Below, piece by piece: positions 14,027-27,569 of a DNA stretch of 64,000 bases (position 1 is the stretch's first letter; each line of letters begins with the position of its first letter). The notes below the pieces were generated by a model. It had not been told where the DNA came from. It saw only the letters and a list, made by a program, of their open reading frames with translations, and searched no databases. The stretch spans positions 3,844,001 through 3,908,000 of the forward strand of contig CP089276.1 in the NCBI GenBank assembly GCA_023920165.1, in the 5' to 3' direction. This stretch comes from Curvularia clavata (lineage: Eukaryota). A program made the position numbers and the translations under genes.

Positions 14027-14460
14027 CTACCCTCTCCACCCCATCCACCCAAATAACCCTCCAACTAATGACTTTCTCTGCACCGTCGTATTCCGCAGGT
14101 GCCCCGCACCGTACACAAATCCGTAATCCTCTTCCACCTCGTCGTCGTCGTCTTTGGGCAAAGTGGAAGAAGAAGAGTCCTTATCCAACACGGGCGGAAA
14201 AAACGTCAATTCTGAACTTACTCTACTACCCCAGAGATACTCTTTGCACGACAGCTGACTGAAGCAGATCGAACAGGTGGCGAGTTTGCAGGATGTGTTG
14301 GAACTTCTCGGGAGGGGGTGCGAGCAGGTAGTGTGGCGGGTGTTTGAGGGGGACATTGCTAATAGTAGTGGATATGGCGCTGCTGGTTGGAGATTAAAAG
14401 TGCTGCTTTCTGAGATGGGCTCCAGAGATGATGTGTTGGGAAGGATGTTGTGTGTAATTC
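14027..14460 (-). CDS. Possible small hypothetical protein (5' end unresolved)
   Basis: Open frame ...LLAMSPSNTRH...DDDDEVEEDYGFVYGAG...GWMGWRG* preceded by a ctaat...cag acceptor-like site; no recognised motif. Confidence 0.3.
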
Positions 14461-16798
14461 TGTATGGATTAGTATAGAGAAGAGACGGTATAGTGTGTCT
14501 CTCTGGGTTGTATTGTGGATTGTTTGGCTAGAAGGCTGGATGGGAGAGCCTTTTCTATCCCCTCTAGCTTTTGGGAATAGTGGAGTGGTGGAGAGCATGT
14601 AGTAATTCCGGGCGTGGTGTATGTGCACAATGTTAGCAAGAGTTGTGATGTAGCAATATGTGGCTGATGTTGCAGATGATACTTGTCGAAGCACAATGGT
14701 TTGGTTTGGTGGCAGGAGCAGGAAGCATTGCCATGCGAGTGATAGGTCGCAATAAATGCCTCCCGCTCACTATGCCTATTGCTGTATCGTAGCGCCTGAT
14801 TCTTATGCGAACTCTGTAGGATAAGGGTCTAACATGTGAGTGCACTTGATCGGTCAATTCACTATGGACAGGCTAACGACTAGAGTTAATGTATGGGAAA
14901 GACATAGTTCATCAATTGTTGGATGAATTCAAAGATCTCAGAGTCTACCAAGTTTCACTTCATAGGCACACTATGCCCAGCCCTATGCAACGGATCAGCC
15001 TTGAAGGTCATCCATGATATAGCAGACCGCAGAGAAGGCACACTATAGTATTAGGTACGATTCCACCATACGAACGCTATAAGTACGCCATCATGTCTTT
15101 GTAAATTTCTAGTCTCAGTCATAATATCGAACTCCGTTACAACCTATGCAGCTTTGACGGTATTTGCCAGCAACTAAACAATATAGCATGTAAGTTGTGA
15201 ATGCGCCTAGTTGTCCTTGAAATGACACTAGGTCTTATCTCGAGACACGAGTCAAGCATGATACAACATAACAGTAAACTGAGCGGCATGCAAGTGTCGA
15301 GGCAAATACGACTACACCAAGGTTGGATAACAAGAGACTATCAACTTGACAAGACATCCGTGCAAGCAGGTGCACCCGTAAAGAACATTCACGTGCAACT
15401 CCCGTTTGAAAAACCAACTATGCTACACCAATCTGGTTAGCTATTTGGGTTCCGTTCCTTTACTCTTGCTAGTTCTAATACACCATCGGAAACTCCTCGA
15501 TATACATAAAACTGCTTCCTTTTGTACTTCTAAAGATTTTCATCCATATACTCGTATTCCTCTGTCTCCATCCAGCAGCGGAACTGTTGGTGAGGTAGCT
15601 CTAGATAGAGGAGAATGTGGTCCATGGTGCGGTTGTTATGAGTTTATAAAGAATCGTAGGCAGCCGAATCCAATTGGTTGCCAGCTGTTACAGTACGGTG
15701 CTGTTACTCGCCAATAAGAACGCTATTAGTTAGCGTACATGTCACGAATTGCTCTTTTTTACAAACACAATCCCAATGCAATGAGAAGAAACAAACTTGG
15801 CCATATGTATCAGGCATCCTCTGTAGTCTTCAAGAGAGCGACAGGCTGATTGGAAAAGACATGGCCAAGGTGGAGACACGGGATGGTTATGAGAGGTTGT
15901 CTACGAGTAATCAATACAGATTGCACTGGTAGTACCCAATGGGCGTTGGCGATGAGAAGTTCAGCCACTGTGGCGCGTGCAGAGCCGGGTTGAAGGGTTA
16001 AAAACAAGGTCAAGATCAAAGACCAAAACCAGGCCCAAGATGAAGATTTAGACCTATAGTAGCGGGGGGGCTTGAGGGTGGCAAAGGCCAAGACGGGCAT
16101 CGACGATGGGTATGCCGGCTAGGGGGCGACTAGGCGGAGTGTTCAGGCTGGTGCTGGGTGAGTTGGCCAAAGGTTCCACCAGGGTGGCCTGTGATGGTGA
16201 CGTGAATCCGCCATGTCAGTGCCATGCGTGAGACCGAGGACGCTACACGGTATGGTGAATGAAACGGGCGCCGGGAGCAAGCCGGGGCTGGATTCGTGCA
16301 TAGGGATGCAAATGACGCACTGCACATGCGGGCGCGCTGCAGGCGGGTTGGGCGACAGTGGGTGTGGGATGGATAAGAGGTGGTGTTCAGCGCCCTCTCT
16401 CTCGTCTGGCCGGCCCAAGCGCTGCTGGAGATTGGCCATGGTCATCATACTGACCTCGCAGAAGCATAACACAACTGGCGCACTTTGTCTTCGCGTCTTT
16501 TTGATGCTACCTGGCTCGCGCCCTTTCGCTCCTTTTGGTCTTGTCGTTCCTTAACCCGCCTATTTTTCCTTTGTGTCGCTATTCCGCCAGTAACGGTCCG
16601 GCCGGATGAGCACATGCAACGCGGCCATCCGTCGCATACCAAGCTAAGCTCGCCCTTCGTGCGAGCGCCACGGAGCCCCAGATACGACGACGGGCTTGGG
16701 ACAAGACATATTGTGGTGAGAAGCCACGCCAGCGACGCACCACGGCCGCAGAGCGCTTCCCACGACTGCATGCTGGCCGACTCCGGCTCGTAGCCGGC

Positions 16799-19212
16799 AT
16801 GAGCAATATCAAGACACGCCTGCAAAAGGCGCGGTCCAAGTTCTCGCGGCGGAACAGCGAGGCGTCGACACGGGCACGCTCCATTGCCTCGTCGACGGGC
16901 AGCGATCGGCACGAGCAGCACCCGCCGCCGCCCCTCAGCAGCCCGCTGCGGAAGAGCGTTTCGCTGCCAAAGCTGCCTGAGGCGTCTGGCACCGGCACTG
17001 ACACTGGCGAGGGGCGGATGCTGAAGTCGGAGGTGCTGGGTGTGGCCGCCGACCGCCAGGCCGACGCACAAGCAAGCACAGGCAGCATCAACACCACGCC
17101 TAGACATCACGACAGCTCCTCGACACCCACAACCGCAAACACCCCGTCCAGCGCCCACACCCGCCAACCCTCGGCCGACGTGCCCATCGTCTGCCCCCAA
17201 GTCACAATCGAGGAGCCCACGCCCGTCCACCCCATCGTGCCCCCAGCCGAGCTCAACCCACGTGCTCTCCCCGACTCGCTTTCTTCTTCCTCGCCGCTAT
17301 CTCTCCCCGCAACCACCACTACTACCACATCCGCCACCACAAGCTCCTCCAAACCCCCATCGCCCGTCCTCACCCGCCGTCAGTCGCTCGTCAGCAACAC
17401 CGATGCCAACGTAATCAGCACCCTCCTCGTCCCCGACACCTCCACGGCCGCCCCCGTCACAGGCCAGTCCACGGCCGCCGACCCTTCTGGCGCACGCCCT
17501 GCCACGCTCAACGCCGGCATGCTGCACCGCAAAATATGGGTCAAGCGGCCCAATGCCTCGGCCACGCTCGTCCAGATCCGCGAGGATGACCTCGTTGACG
17601 ACGTCCGCGACGTTATCCTCAAAAAGTACGCAAACTCGCTCGGCAGGAGCTTTGACTCGCCAGACGTCACCTTGCGCATTGTACCCCGAGACGGCCAGCG
17701 AGCAGGCGAACGCACCCTGGGACCTGAGGAGGACATGTGCAGGACCATCGACGCCTACTTCCCTGGCGGCCAGACTGTCAACGAGGCCCTCATCATCGAC
17801 GTGCCCCAGCGACGCACGCCAAAACCATCGCCCCGAGTACCCCACTACTACCATCATGAAGACGGCGTTCACCAGCAGACTGAGTACTTCCCGCCCATGT
17901 CCGCCATCACGCCCTCGCCCGCCGTCATGAGCGCCAGCCAGCAGCTGCATGACAGTCGTATCTCGGTGCCCCACCTCCAGTCCATATCTGTCCTCACCAC
18001 CGGACAGCTGCCCACCGTCCCATCCCCCGGCGGCACGCGGCGAGGGCCCCTGCATGCACACCGTCCCAAGTACAACAGAACACACACAGCCTCTCCCACT
18101 ACACTAGGCGGCGGCATCCCCTCGTCTGCTACCTCTGTCCGTCCGCCAAACCGCCCGCGACATGACTCTAGCGCCTCCGAGGCCAAGAACTCTGCTGCTT
18201 CCAACAACCCGATACCCACGCCGCCTGCATCCACCGAGCCTGCGCCTCACACACAGACCCTCCAAACCTCGACACCACCGACCCCCCGCATCTCATCACC
18301 CCAGCTTAACAGCAAGAAGAAGCGGAGAAAGCCTCCAGTAGAGCCACCAGCACTCCCCGCTGGTCTGCTGGACGGATCGGTGCCTCCCATCAATGTCCTG
18401 ATCGTCGAAGACAACATCATCAACTTGCGAGTTCTGGGTGCTTTCATGCAGCGATTAAAGGTTCGCTGGCAGCGCGCAATGAATGGAAAAGAAGCAGTCA
18501 CTAAATGGAAGGCTGGTGGTTTCCATTTGGTGCTCATGGATATTCAACTGCCTGTGATGAACGGTCTTGAGGCCACAAAAGAAATCAGGAGACTAGAGCG
18601 TGTCAACGGCATCGGCGTCTTTAGCAGTGGGAGCAGCGAGGCACCCAATACCCGGCTCGGACAAGATGGCAAGGGCCAAGACGAGCTTAGAGAAGACGAC
18701 AAACTGGGCGACAAGAGCATGTTCAAGAGCCCAGTCATTATTGTCGCGCTTACGGCTAGTTCGTTGCAAAGTGACAGACACGAGGCTTTGGCTGCCGGCT
18801 GCAATGATTTCTTGACAAAGGTACGTTTTGGCATAGCGTTTTGACGCATACCCGGCACTAACATATTTCCCAGCCTGTAAACTTTGTCTGGCTTGAACGC
18901 AAAGTTAAAGAATGGGGCTGCATGCAGGCTCTGATCGACTTTGACGGTTGGCGCAAGTGGAAAGACTTTGCCGACAAGTCCGAGAACAACGACACTACTT
19001 CCAAGCTTTCCGGCAGCTACGCAAGCATTGCCCCGAACAAAAAGGCTAGCAACGCTAGTCCCACCACCGCAAACTCAGAGACGAATGGAGTGAAGAAAGA
19101 GTCCGACACGGAGAGGAAGAACAAGCGCAAGAGCCTGGGCGTTGTGCCACCACCGGTGCTACAAGAAGAGGCCGAGCCACAGCCAGCTGAAGTCAACGGT
19201 GGGGATCATTAA
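16799..19212 (+). CDS. SSK1: Response regulator of the HOG pathway; intron ~18821-18873
   Basis: KIWVKRPNASATLV..DDLVDDVRD, receiver domain NVLIVEDNIIN...HLVLMDIQLP...LTASSLQSDRHEALAAGCNDFLTK/PV, WGCMQALIDFDGW. Confidence 0.93.
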
Positions 19213-19921
19213 CTTCTGCCGCCGAACCATGTGATACTCTTACGGCCCTGTGCGACTCCACTTGTCTAATACTGCAACTACTCCCACCAACACTTCACTA
19301 CGCACGCATCGCTGCCCAAGTCTCCACCTATCAACTACCAATACCACTTGCCTGTAAATTGTCTAAATTTTTCTTTGCATTGGACGATCATCAGCTGCTA
19401 CATTTCCTTATCACTAGCATCTTAGTCTTATCATATGTGCACATGCCCGTCTGCCGGTCTTTTGGGCAAGCTTGTTCTGCACACCTATTTCCATGTAATC
19501 TCATTCTGTGGTCTGGGAAAGGAGAGATCGGGACCTTCATTGTACACGTACACGATTTGAACGCTCAATTTGCAACGAGCGTTTGTTTGCTGCCGCCTCA
19601 AAAGGTGCCAAGTGGATTCTGTCAGCTACAGTCCCTCTTGGCTTTAATGTTAATGTTTCCAAATTGTTCTGTTCAGTCACAGTGATGATCATGTACTCAG
19701 AACTATGTACGCGGAAAAGTAAATATGAACAAGCAGTCGTCTGCGGCGGATCGTCCGCTACGTAGTGCTTCTCCACGATTGTACGTCACGTGCGCGTTAC
19801 CAGTTGCTGGGCCAACCCACTCGCTTAGACTTTCCGTGCGGACCCTTCAATCATACCCCGGTACGCAACCCAGAGCCTCACCTCAACCAAGCTCTCGACA
19901 CCAACCGTTCAATCGTTCAGC

Positions 19922-22054
19922 ATGCCAGCCAAAGTTGTCTACGGAAAAAGAAGGATAGGGGAGCGTACTGCTTTCACCAAGTTTTTGTCGCCAGAGAAAG
20001 AAGTCACACATGGAGATGTGGAAAGCCAAAATGCAGACAACAGCGCGTTGGGCGATTGGCGACAACAGCTGTTGGAAGCCGCAGGAGCAGGGGAAAATCC
20101 AGCAAAACTACTCGACGATGTCTCAGTGTTAGAGAAAGGACTTGAAGATCTGCAAATTGAGCACAGGCAAACTGAAAAGGAGGAGAGCACCACCAAGAAA
20201 AGAACAAAGTCGAAGAAAGCAGCCAAGGCCAGCCGAGATGTCGATGGTGATATCCCCAAAGAGAACGTCGTTCCGTTCGAGGATGTGTTGGAGCAAAGCA
20301 TGAAGTCTTTAACAATTGATGCTGCGGAACGGACGGATCAGAAGATGCTGCAGAAGCCAAGGAAGTCGAGAAAAGTCCTAAGCGATCGTGACAATAGTTC
20401 TTCGAGTACCACAGACTGCCCCGTAGTCGACTTGCCAAGACAAAAGAAGGAAAAGAAGCGCGCAAGACCAAAGTCAGTTACACAGTTGCCTACTCCTGAA
20501 CCAACAACCGAGCCTGACGACCTTTACTCTGTTTATACTTCCGCGTTACTGGACCTTAGCGACAGGAAAAAGATCATCGCATTCCAGGACTGGGCAGACG
20601 AGCTAGCCCCTCATTTCGAGGTTTCCAAAATCGCAGAAGCTTCTTTCTCAGAAGTATACCGCTTATCGTCGACTTCAGCCAATGGTCTCAAACAAGAATC
20701 CGTGCTCAAGGTAGTGGCGCTCAAAACGCCACCCACTGTTCCGCTCCCATGCCAGGTTCATGGCCGAGCAGTACGAGACCTCGAAGCACAGATGGAAAAG
20801 GAGACGATGCAACGAGACGAACAAGATCAGTGGAAATCCCAAGTCGACGATGTCTTATCAGAAATCAAGCTCCTCCAGAACGTCACTCACATTCCCGGTT
20901 TCACAGTCTTCCGCGATCTCACTGTCATCCAAGGACGCCCATCGACTTCCTTCAACGATGCCTGGAAGGAGTGGAACAAATCCCGTCCACGCGGCAAGAA
21001 GAGTGAATTTCCGGATCCCAGCAAGAAGACCAGCTATGACGAAACGCAACTATGGGCTGTGATTGAAATGCAGGACGCAGGTACCGACTGCGAGAAAATT
21101 ATGGAGTCTGGTGGAATTAGCTCCATCTGGGAAGCCTGGGACGTCTTCTGGGGCGTAGCTATCAGCGTTGGCAAGGCAGAAGAAGCATGTCGCTTCGAGC
21201 ATCGCGACTTGCATCTTGGCAACATTTGCGTTCGGTCCTCGCGGAAGGGGGGCGACGTATTGCAGCCCTGTGTGAAAGATCCCCTGCGTCGAAAGTTGCG
21301 TTTCACAGGGCTTGATACCACAGTCATTGATTACACACTTTCGCGCGCAGACATTGTTGCGCCGGGGCCGCTTCCACGCCGGCTATCGAGTCTATCGCAC
21401 GTCTCAAGTTCGACGGCAGCCTCGAGTCACAATGATAACGACGGGGAGACAGACGTAGCATACCTGGACCTCGACAAAGATCCCGCCATCTTCGAAGGCG
21501 ACGCAAGCGAAGAATACCAATACGAAATATACCGCTACATGCGCGGAGCCGCCATCATGGGTAACCCCATGAACTTCCAGCCACCTGTGCACAACAACGA
21601 TGCGCACGAAGACCAAGAATCCGATGCCGACGCCAGTGTACCGTCACCTCCTCTCAACACACACATCCGCTTCGACGACGACGACAATGATGACCAAATC
21701 CAGCAAACACCAGACAACACTTCATCCCCCTGGCGCTCCTTCCACCCCAAAACAAACCTCATCTGGCTGCATTTCCTCCTGCACAAATTGCTCACCCACC
21801 TCTCCTCTGTCTCCTCACCACCACACAACACGCTTCCGCTGTCCCGCTTTCAGTTCAAGCAAACTCCTGATGAGGAGGATGTGCAAGCCCAGATCAACAA
21901 GAAAGCAAGCAAGTTGTTCAAAGTGCTGAAGAGAGTGAGTGAGTTGTTGTGTCCAGTGCAGTTAGGCAGAGAGGAGAGTCTGGAGAGTGTCAAGGAGCTG
22001 GTAGTGCTGGCGTTGGAGGAGAGGTGGGTTAGGGTGGGGGATGTGGCGGGTTGA
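19922..22054 (+). CDS. Haspin-family Ser/Thr kinase
   Basis: KIAEASFSEVY, FEHRDLHLGN, IDYTLSR, YQYEIYRYMR and WxxFHPKTNLIWL are haspin hallmarks. Confidence 0.9.
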   Translation: MPAKVVYGKRRIGERTAFTKFLSPEKEVTHGDVESQNADNSALGDWRQQLLEAAGAGENPAKLLDDVSVLEKGLEDLQIEHRQTEKEESTTKKRTKSKKAAKASRDVDGDIPKENVVPFEDVLEQSMKSLTIDAAERTDQKMLQKPRKSRKVLSDRDNSSSSTTDCPVVDLPRQKKEKKRARPKSVTQLPTPEPTTEPDDLYSVYTSALLDLSDRKKIIAFQDWADELAPHFEVSKIAEASFSEVYRLSSTSANGLKQESVLKVVALKTPPTVPLPCQVHGRAVRDLEAQMEKETMQRDEQDQWKSQVDDVLSEIKLLQNVTHIPGFTVFRDLTVIQGRPSTSFNDAWKEWNKSRPRGKKSEFPDPSKKTSYDETQLWAVIEMQDAGTDCEKIMESGGISSIWEAWDVFWGVAISVGKAEEACRFEHRDLHLGNICVRSSRKGGDVLQPCVKDPLRRKLRFTGLDTTVIDYTLSRADIVAPGPLPRRLSSLSHVSSSTAASSHNDNDGETDVAYLDLDKDPAIFEGDASEEYQYEIYRYMRGAAIMGNPMNFQPPVHNNDAHEDQESDADASVPSPPLNTHIRFDDDDNDDQIQQTPDNTSSPWRSFHPKTNLIWLHFLLHKLLTHLSSVSSPPHNTLPLSRFQFKQTPDEEDVQAQINKKASKLFKVLKRVSELLCPVQLGREESLESVKELVVLALEERWVRVGDVAG

Positions 22055-22869
22055 GTTGTGACATGTTGTGTTGCATTGTTTCTGGCGTTTTTCCATTCCC
22101 CCCCCCCCCTTTTTTTTTGGCACCCTGAGCGGGTCACGGGGCGGGTTTGCGGGCATGACATGATGGATGAGCATGAATTGCATGGTTGCATGGACTGAGG
22201 CGTTGTGTGTATCCTGGGCATTATTGTCATCGTTATGATTGTCATCACTGGCACTTTTCGTTGCCTGTCACGATTCTAAGCATTTTCTAAAAGAAGAGTA
22301 CGTGGTGAATGGTGATTTCTATTGTATATGCTTATATACATATATACCATATGATATGAATTTATTCCTTTTTACTGCACCATCCAACAGACAAGACGCA
22401 ACAAAGGCGTCCGTCGTGTATGCGTGCAAAGAGTGGGAGTGATTAGTCGACAAAAAAAAGTTGTGTGGTGATTGTCCGTCCTTTTCCCCCCCTGACTGCT
22501 AACTCCACTGATGACTCACTGATCAGATTTCCAATTCCCTCCACTGACGCCTCGATAATCGTGAAAACAACCCCCCCAGCGCTATGCAGAATTTTTGTAC
22601 CCCCTTCCGAATGAAAACCAAGAATGCTTTTTTTCCCCACACCTTGCTACCAGACCCGGGCCATTATTCGTTGGCTTGTTTTATGGTTACTTCCCTTCGG
22701 GTCTGGAGCACTCAACGCCGATGCTGACAGAAATGGACAAACGAAACAAAATATTAAGCCATGGAGAAAATTACAAAGCAAGAAACGAACAACAAATAGA
22801 AGCGGAGAAGAGAATCAAACCGCTGGTCATGACAAAATATCATCGCTCATAACTTCATCACAGGTCCAC

Positions 22870-24711
22870 TTACGCTACGTAAGCGGGAGGTGCCTCGATC
22901 TCATCCTCACTCTGCCAGAAGCTTCTTCCTGCAGGTGCTGTCTTTGTGCGGGTGTGGTTTGATGGCCGCCGCGAAGACTTTTCTTTTTCCTCCTGCATTT
23001 TTCTGGCAATGTCCTGTGCCATTTTCTGCATCCAGGCTTGCTCGAGAATGCCACCAGAGCTGCAATTAAAGTCTGTATTAGGTGGGGAGGAGGTGCGAGG
23101 TGGTGAGCACAGGGCCGAGAGAGAGGAGACCTTGTCAAAAGACAAGGAGCGGAGGAGTGGAGAGGTGGACTGTTGTGCCTGCCGCAGTTTGTTGCGGGAA
23201 ATAGGCGGGCGTCTGGAGGTACGGGATACGAATGGGTCCTCAAGGTAAACGAATGGTAGTGATTGCGGCAGAGGTGGTAGCGGTGCTGATTGCTTCGGCT
23301 CTGCGGGTTGAGGTGCATCCGAGAACTCCGGCGAAGGGGCTAGAGGCCCAAATGCAGGGGGCTCTTCGGGTGCACGCTGAACTTCAGGTATGCGCTTAGG
23401 TGTACCAATGTCCAAGCTGCCGCGTCTGCCTTCGAAGCGTATGCCTGGTTGTGTGGGACTTCTTGGCGGAGTGACTAACTCTTCCTCCTTCTCTTCCGGA
23501 ATGACGCTCGAGGTTTCGGAAGCGTATGCGCTTGGAAGAGGTGTGTTTTCTCCTGTGGACACACCAGAGTCTGGGGTGTCCTTTTTCCGCAGGTCAACGA
23601 CACGCTTCTTCCGTTTCCGCATCCCACCAGCGCGCGAGCGAGCCGATCCGAGGCTAAGCCCGGCCGACGACGAGAATGACGAAGCCATGGTTGGGCGTGA
23701 GCTGAGCGTCTCGTTGCCTGTGCTATCCGACGCAACTGAAGATGCACCGGATTTTAGGCTACCAAACGTCGACTGTATCCTGGATAGACTGCCCTGCGTA
23801 AGCGCCGGGGTCGCGGCACCAGACTCGGGCCGGTCCGGGTGGCCTGCCCACGCTCGGAACACAGCATCGCGAATGCCGGGTGTAAAGAGCGACAAGGTTC
23901 GTTGGGACTCGGAGAGGGCGGCGAGGCGGAGGATATTCTTCTGCGAGAAGGAGGCGTGGACTTCGGCCGAGTCGAGAGACATGGCCGAGATCTGGGCTTC
24001 ATCGAGCGGGTTGCCAAAGGCATCGACGGCATCTTCAGGGGGCGCTGCCAGAGGGTCGATGGCGGGGGTGGTATCGTTGGCGCCCTCGAGGCGTTCTTCC
24101 GTTTCGACTTCGCGATACTCTGGCGAGAGCATTCGTAGTGATAACCTATGGATGATAGCCGGCAAGTCTTCCATGAACAGCACACGCAGTTGACCCTCAA
24201 TCTCCTTTTGGAGGTAGTCTCGCACAAACGGGATAGAATCAAATGTCGAAGAGACCTTGAGCGACTCGAGGGGATCGTTCCTGAAGACGAGCGTCAGGCC
24301 CTTTTGCTTGGAGAAGACGAGAATCACAAAGCCGGAGAGGCGAATATTGGACAAAGTGATTTGCAAAGGTATGGTCAAGCCAGATGCGGCAGCCAAGGGC
24401 TGGGGTGACGCAAAGTCTGGTTTTGTAGATAGATACGTCTTAAGCGGGTTTGCCTGGACCTTTGTCTTCAGAGTCAGAAAGGCATCCCCAGTATACGACA
24501 TTTTGAAGATGCCCCTAAATCTATCCTCGGCCAAGTCGCCAATCTCCAGTATCTCGAGCTCGGGCGGGGTGGTGCCCAGGTTCAGTTCGGTGACGATGAT
24601 GTCGTCGACGATGATCGGGGGCTTGGGCGACTTGTTGAGGGCCGTGGTGAGCATGTCGCGCGCCCGCGAGGTGTCTGCGATGAGCGGCGACCAGTTGAAG
24701 TTGAAGGCCAT
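22870..24711 (-). CDS. MDM34: ERMES complex subunit, mitochondrial distribution and morphology protein 34
   Basis: MAFNFNWS start, SMP domain ([44 protein letters not shown]), C-terminal PPAY. Confidence 0.95.
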   Translation of the reverse strand: MAFNFNWSPLIADTSRARDMLTTALNKSPKPPIIVDDIIVTELNLGTTPPELEILEIGDLAEDRFRGIFKMSYTGDAFLTLKTKVQANPLKTYLSTKPDFASPQPLAAASGLTIPLQITLSNIRLSGFVILVFSKQKGLTLVFRNDPLESLKVSSTFDSIPFVRDYLQKEIEGQLRVLFMEDLPAIIHRLSLRMLSPEYREVETEERLEGANDTTPAIDPLAAPPEDAVDAFGNPLDEAQISAMSLDSAEVHASFSQKNILRLAALSESQRTLSLFTPGIRDAVFRAWAGHPDRPESGAATPALTQGSLSRIQSTFGSLKSGASSVASDSTGNETLSSRPTMASSFSSSAGLSLGSARSRAGGMRKRKKRVVDLRKKDTPDSGVSTGENTPLPSAYASETSSVIPEEKEEELVTPPRSPTQPGIRFEGRRGSLDIGTPKRIPEVQRAPEEPPAFGPLAPSPEFSDAPQPAEPKQSAPLPPLPQSLPFVYLEDPFVSRTSRRPPISRNKLRQAQQSTSPLLRSLSFDKVSSLSALCSPPRTSSPPNTDFNCSSGGILEQAWMQKMAQDIARKMQEEKEKSSRRPSNHTRTKTAPAGRSFWQSEDEIEAPPAYVA

Positions 24712-25741
24712 GGTGGTCGAATGGGTGCGCTCAGGGCGGCGAGGGGTCGGACGTCGACTTTACCGCGCGGGTGCTAGAGACTGGCAGGTGATGCTGCGGT
24801 CGCGTGCATTTGCCATGCGATCACACGAGACGGCGGCGGACGAGGTTGGAGGCAGTAGACTCGGACAGGACGCGTTAGGGCGGGGGGTTTGGATGGGGAG
24901 GATGGGGGAGAGGGTGACTAGAAGGTTCTTGGGGGGCCACAATGGGCGAGGGGGTGCAGATATGGTGGAGTGAGGAGTGTATGGGCGAGTGCGAGGCGCG
25001 AGGATATTTGCGGCACTCGAGGGGATTTTCCGGGTGCGAGGTACCGACGTCAAGGATGATGGTGCTCGGCACCCGCCAACTTTTTTCCACGCCTACGCCC
25101 TCCCTGCAGCCCCTCGGCCGTGCATCTCGCCAGCATCTCGCCAGGGCGCCAGCCTATCGCTGCTGCTGTCGCCTGCCTTACGCCTACATGTCGACTGGCG
25201 GTGAAGACTCTCTAGCACTTGTATGCGGGGTCGAGTAGCAGACGGACAAAGGTCGCTGTGCGCTGATTCGCCCGCCCATGATACACTTGCCATGGTCCGT
25301 TTCATCCAGACCTTCTCCCCCTACTACTACAACTGCTGCGCTTCTATCTTTGACCTTGGCCGTTGTACTAGTAGCATGTTACGTAGCACGCAATCTGCGA
25401 TAACACCCGCCATCCATCCTAGCCGAGCGCGAGCCATGTCATCTCGTCGTACCCCAGCATCGGCATAATGGCCCACGAGACAAAAGAGGAAAAGGGAGCC
25501 AATGACAGCATCAGACGTCTTGTTTCGACCACGGGCCGTGGCTTTGGCCAGCAGATCTGCCGCGTGTCTAACTGTCGACGTCAAATTTGTTTTGCATGCA
25601 CATGCAGCGGCTGCCCTGGTTGCCAGCCGTACAACAACACACGCATGTGAAGGATCACCCAAACTGCCCTGCCCTGCCCTGCCCTGCCACTGCCAACTCA
25701 TCCCTCACCACGCCATCACGCGCGCCCACGACACTCGCCCC

Positions 25742-26284
25742 CTAGGCCTTCTGCTCGTCCTCGCTCAAGAGCTTCTCCACTGCCGCCACCTTGTCCTTGA
25801 ACCCTTGCTTCTTGTCCGTCCTGCTCCCCACCCTGATATCGCTCTGGATCCGTACGACGCCATTCTGGTGGAGCATCGTATGGCACTGCCCTATGACCCG
25901 CATCACCTCGTCCCATGAGCCCTCTACAATCAGAAAAAATTAGCCTGCGCTTCCAAGCCAGCTGTCTCACTACCCCTCCATCCCTCCCACCACCCCATTA
26001 TACCCCGCATGACAATATCTCCTCTACACACACACAAGTTGCTTCCCGGCCGAGAATCAACCCATGGTGCAGTGGACATTGTGCATGTGCATGGACAGAG
26101 TCTTACCAACAGTCGTGCCAGCAGAGTGCATGGAATAGTTGAGTCCGCTTCTCTTGAGGAGCCGCTGCACCTCTGCCACTTCCTTGGACACGGACGCCGT
26201 GGGGGTCCCGAGCGGGATGAGACAAAAGTCTGCAGTGCAGGATGGCGGTGTCGCGAGCTTGCTCAGGTCGTCTGAAGATGCCAT
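25742..26284 (-). CDS. ECM15: UPF0045/thiamine-binding-domain protein, one intron
   Basis: Exon 1 MASS...TADFCLIPLGTPTASVSKEVAEVQRLL...MHSAGTTV plus exon 2 EGSWDEVMRVIGQCHTMLHQNGVVRIQSDIRVGSRTDK. Confidence 0.88.
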
Positions 26285-27569
26285 GATTCGCTGCAGGCGT
26301 TGAAAAAGGGAAAGCAAGAGTCAAAGTCGATGTTTGGTTGCATCCATGTTTTGATGTTGCGCGTGATGGTGCCGGGGTTGCTGGCCCGAAGTCGCTCCTT
26401 CCCACTGCGCCGGCACACACAAGCCACGACCATGAATGAAGACAAGAGGGGCAACTTGAGCACATTTTTGCTTATTACGCAAAATTGCCATGTTTCAAAT
26501 CATGTTTCAACGTGCTGATACAGTGCGTAGATCAGGGCACCGAATCCTTTTGTGGGCACGTGATTATGCTCAACAGACTGACTAGTAGCCGGTATTTTTC
26601 TTCGCATCTTGGTACACTAAGCACACTTCCGAGGTACCAGATTTTTCCTTGCGTCCGAGATCTATCCTGTCCTGTCCTATCCTATAGCCGTTCACATCAT
26701 TCACCGCCCTGCACATGGCTCGCAAATTACTTTTGCTGGAGCACACAGCACCCTCTCGGGTTCATCCGCACGGACGAATTGACTAGATACATATCCACAT
26801 TGAGGGTACGAGAAAACCAATGCAGATTTGAAAACGAAACAAAAATACTCAATGGAATGCATATACGCTGTTACAGCATATAATGCATCTCCATCATGAT
26901 TCTGCTTGATGACTACTAGACTACACAAGCCAGAGTAGGAAAAAAAAAGTCTCTAGACAGCTGACCGTAGCCATAGGCAGAGTAGCACCAAAAGCAATGT
27001 TTCACACATCAGCGGAATTTAAGCTATAGCGTTCGCACTACCAGGAGTGTATCGATCCATTACCTGCATCCAGCGGTGTACGGAGCCGTGAACGAGAACA
27101 TGTTTGGAAGCCAACCGGATAAGCTACTGCTGCATTAGGCTAGCCGCAACCGCTGCACGTCAGCCCGTCAGCCTTTCCAACGTCCATAAATCAGCCACAG
27201 CAAATATAGTCCGGAAACAGGCACAAATTACCCGACGATAACGGACCAATTCATACGCCGAGAACAATTCTCAGCCATCTTGCGCTCTGGAATCTCTCAC
27301 GAAGCCTTGAGCTTTTGCCAGTGCACTCATCATCAGTATCAGTACAGAGTACAGTACATGCGAGACTGAACAACAAACTGATTCGGAAAAGCTTGCCCCG
27401 ACAAGATCAGCATTCCTATGACGAGTGCACATAACAATGAACTAACGATCGGGAAAACGGCAACACCAACCCACCCCCCAACAAGAAAAAACTAGACACC
27501 CCCACGAACACCAAAGCCCGACATCAGCTTGCGGGCTGCGCAGCTCCATCAGAATACACATTCTTGAAC

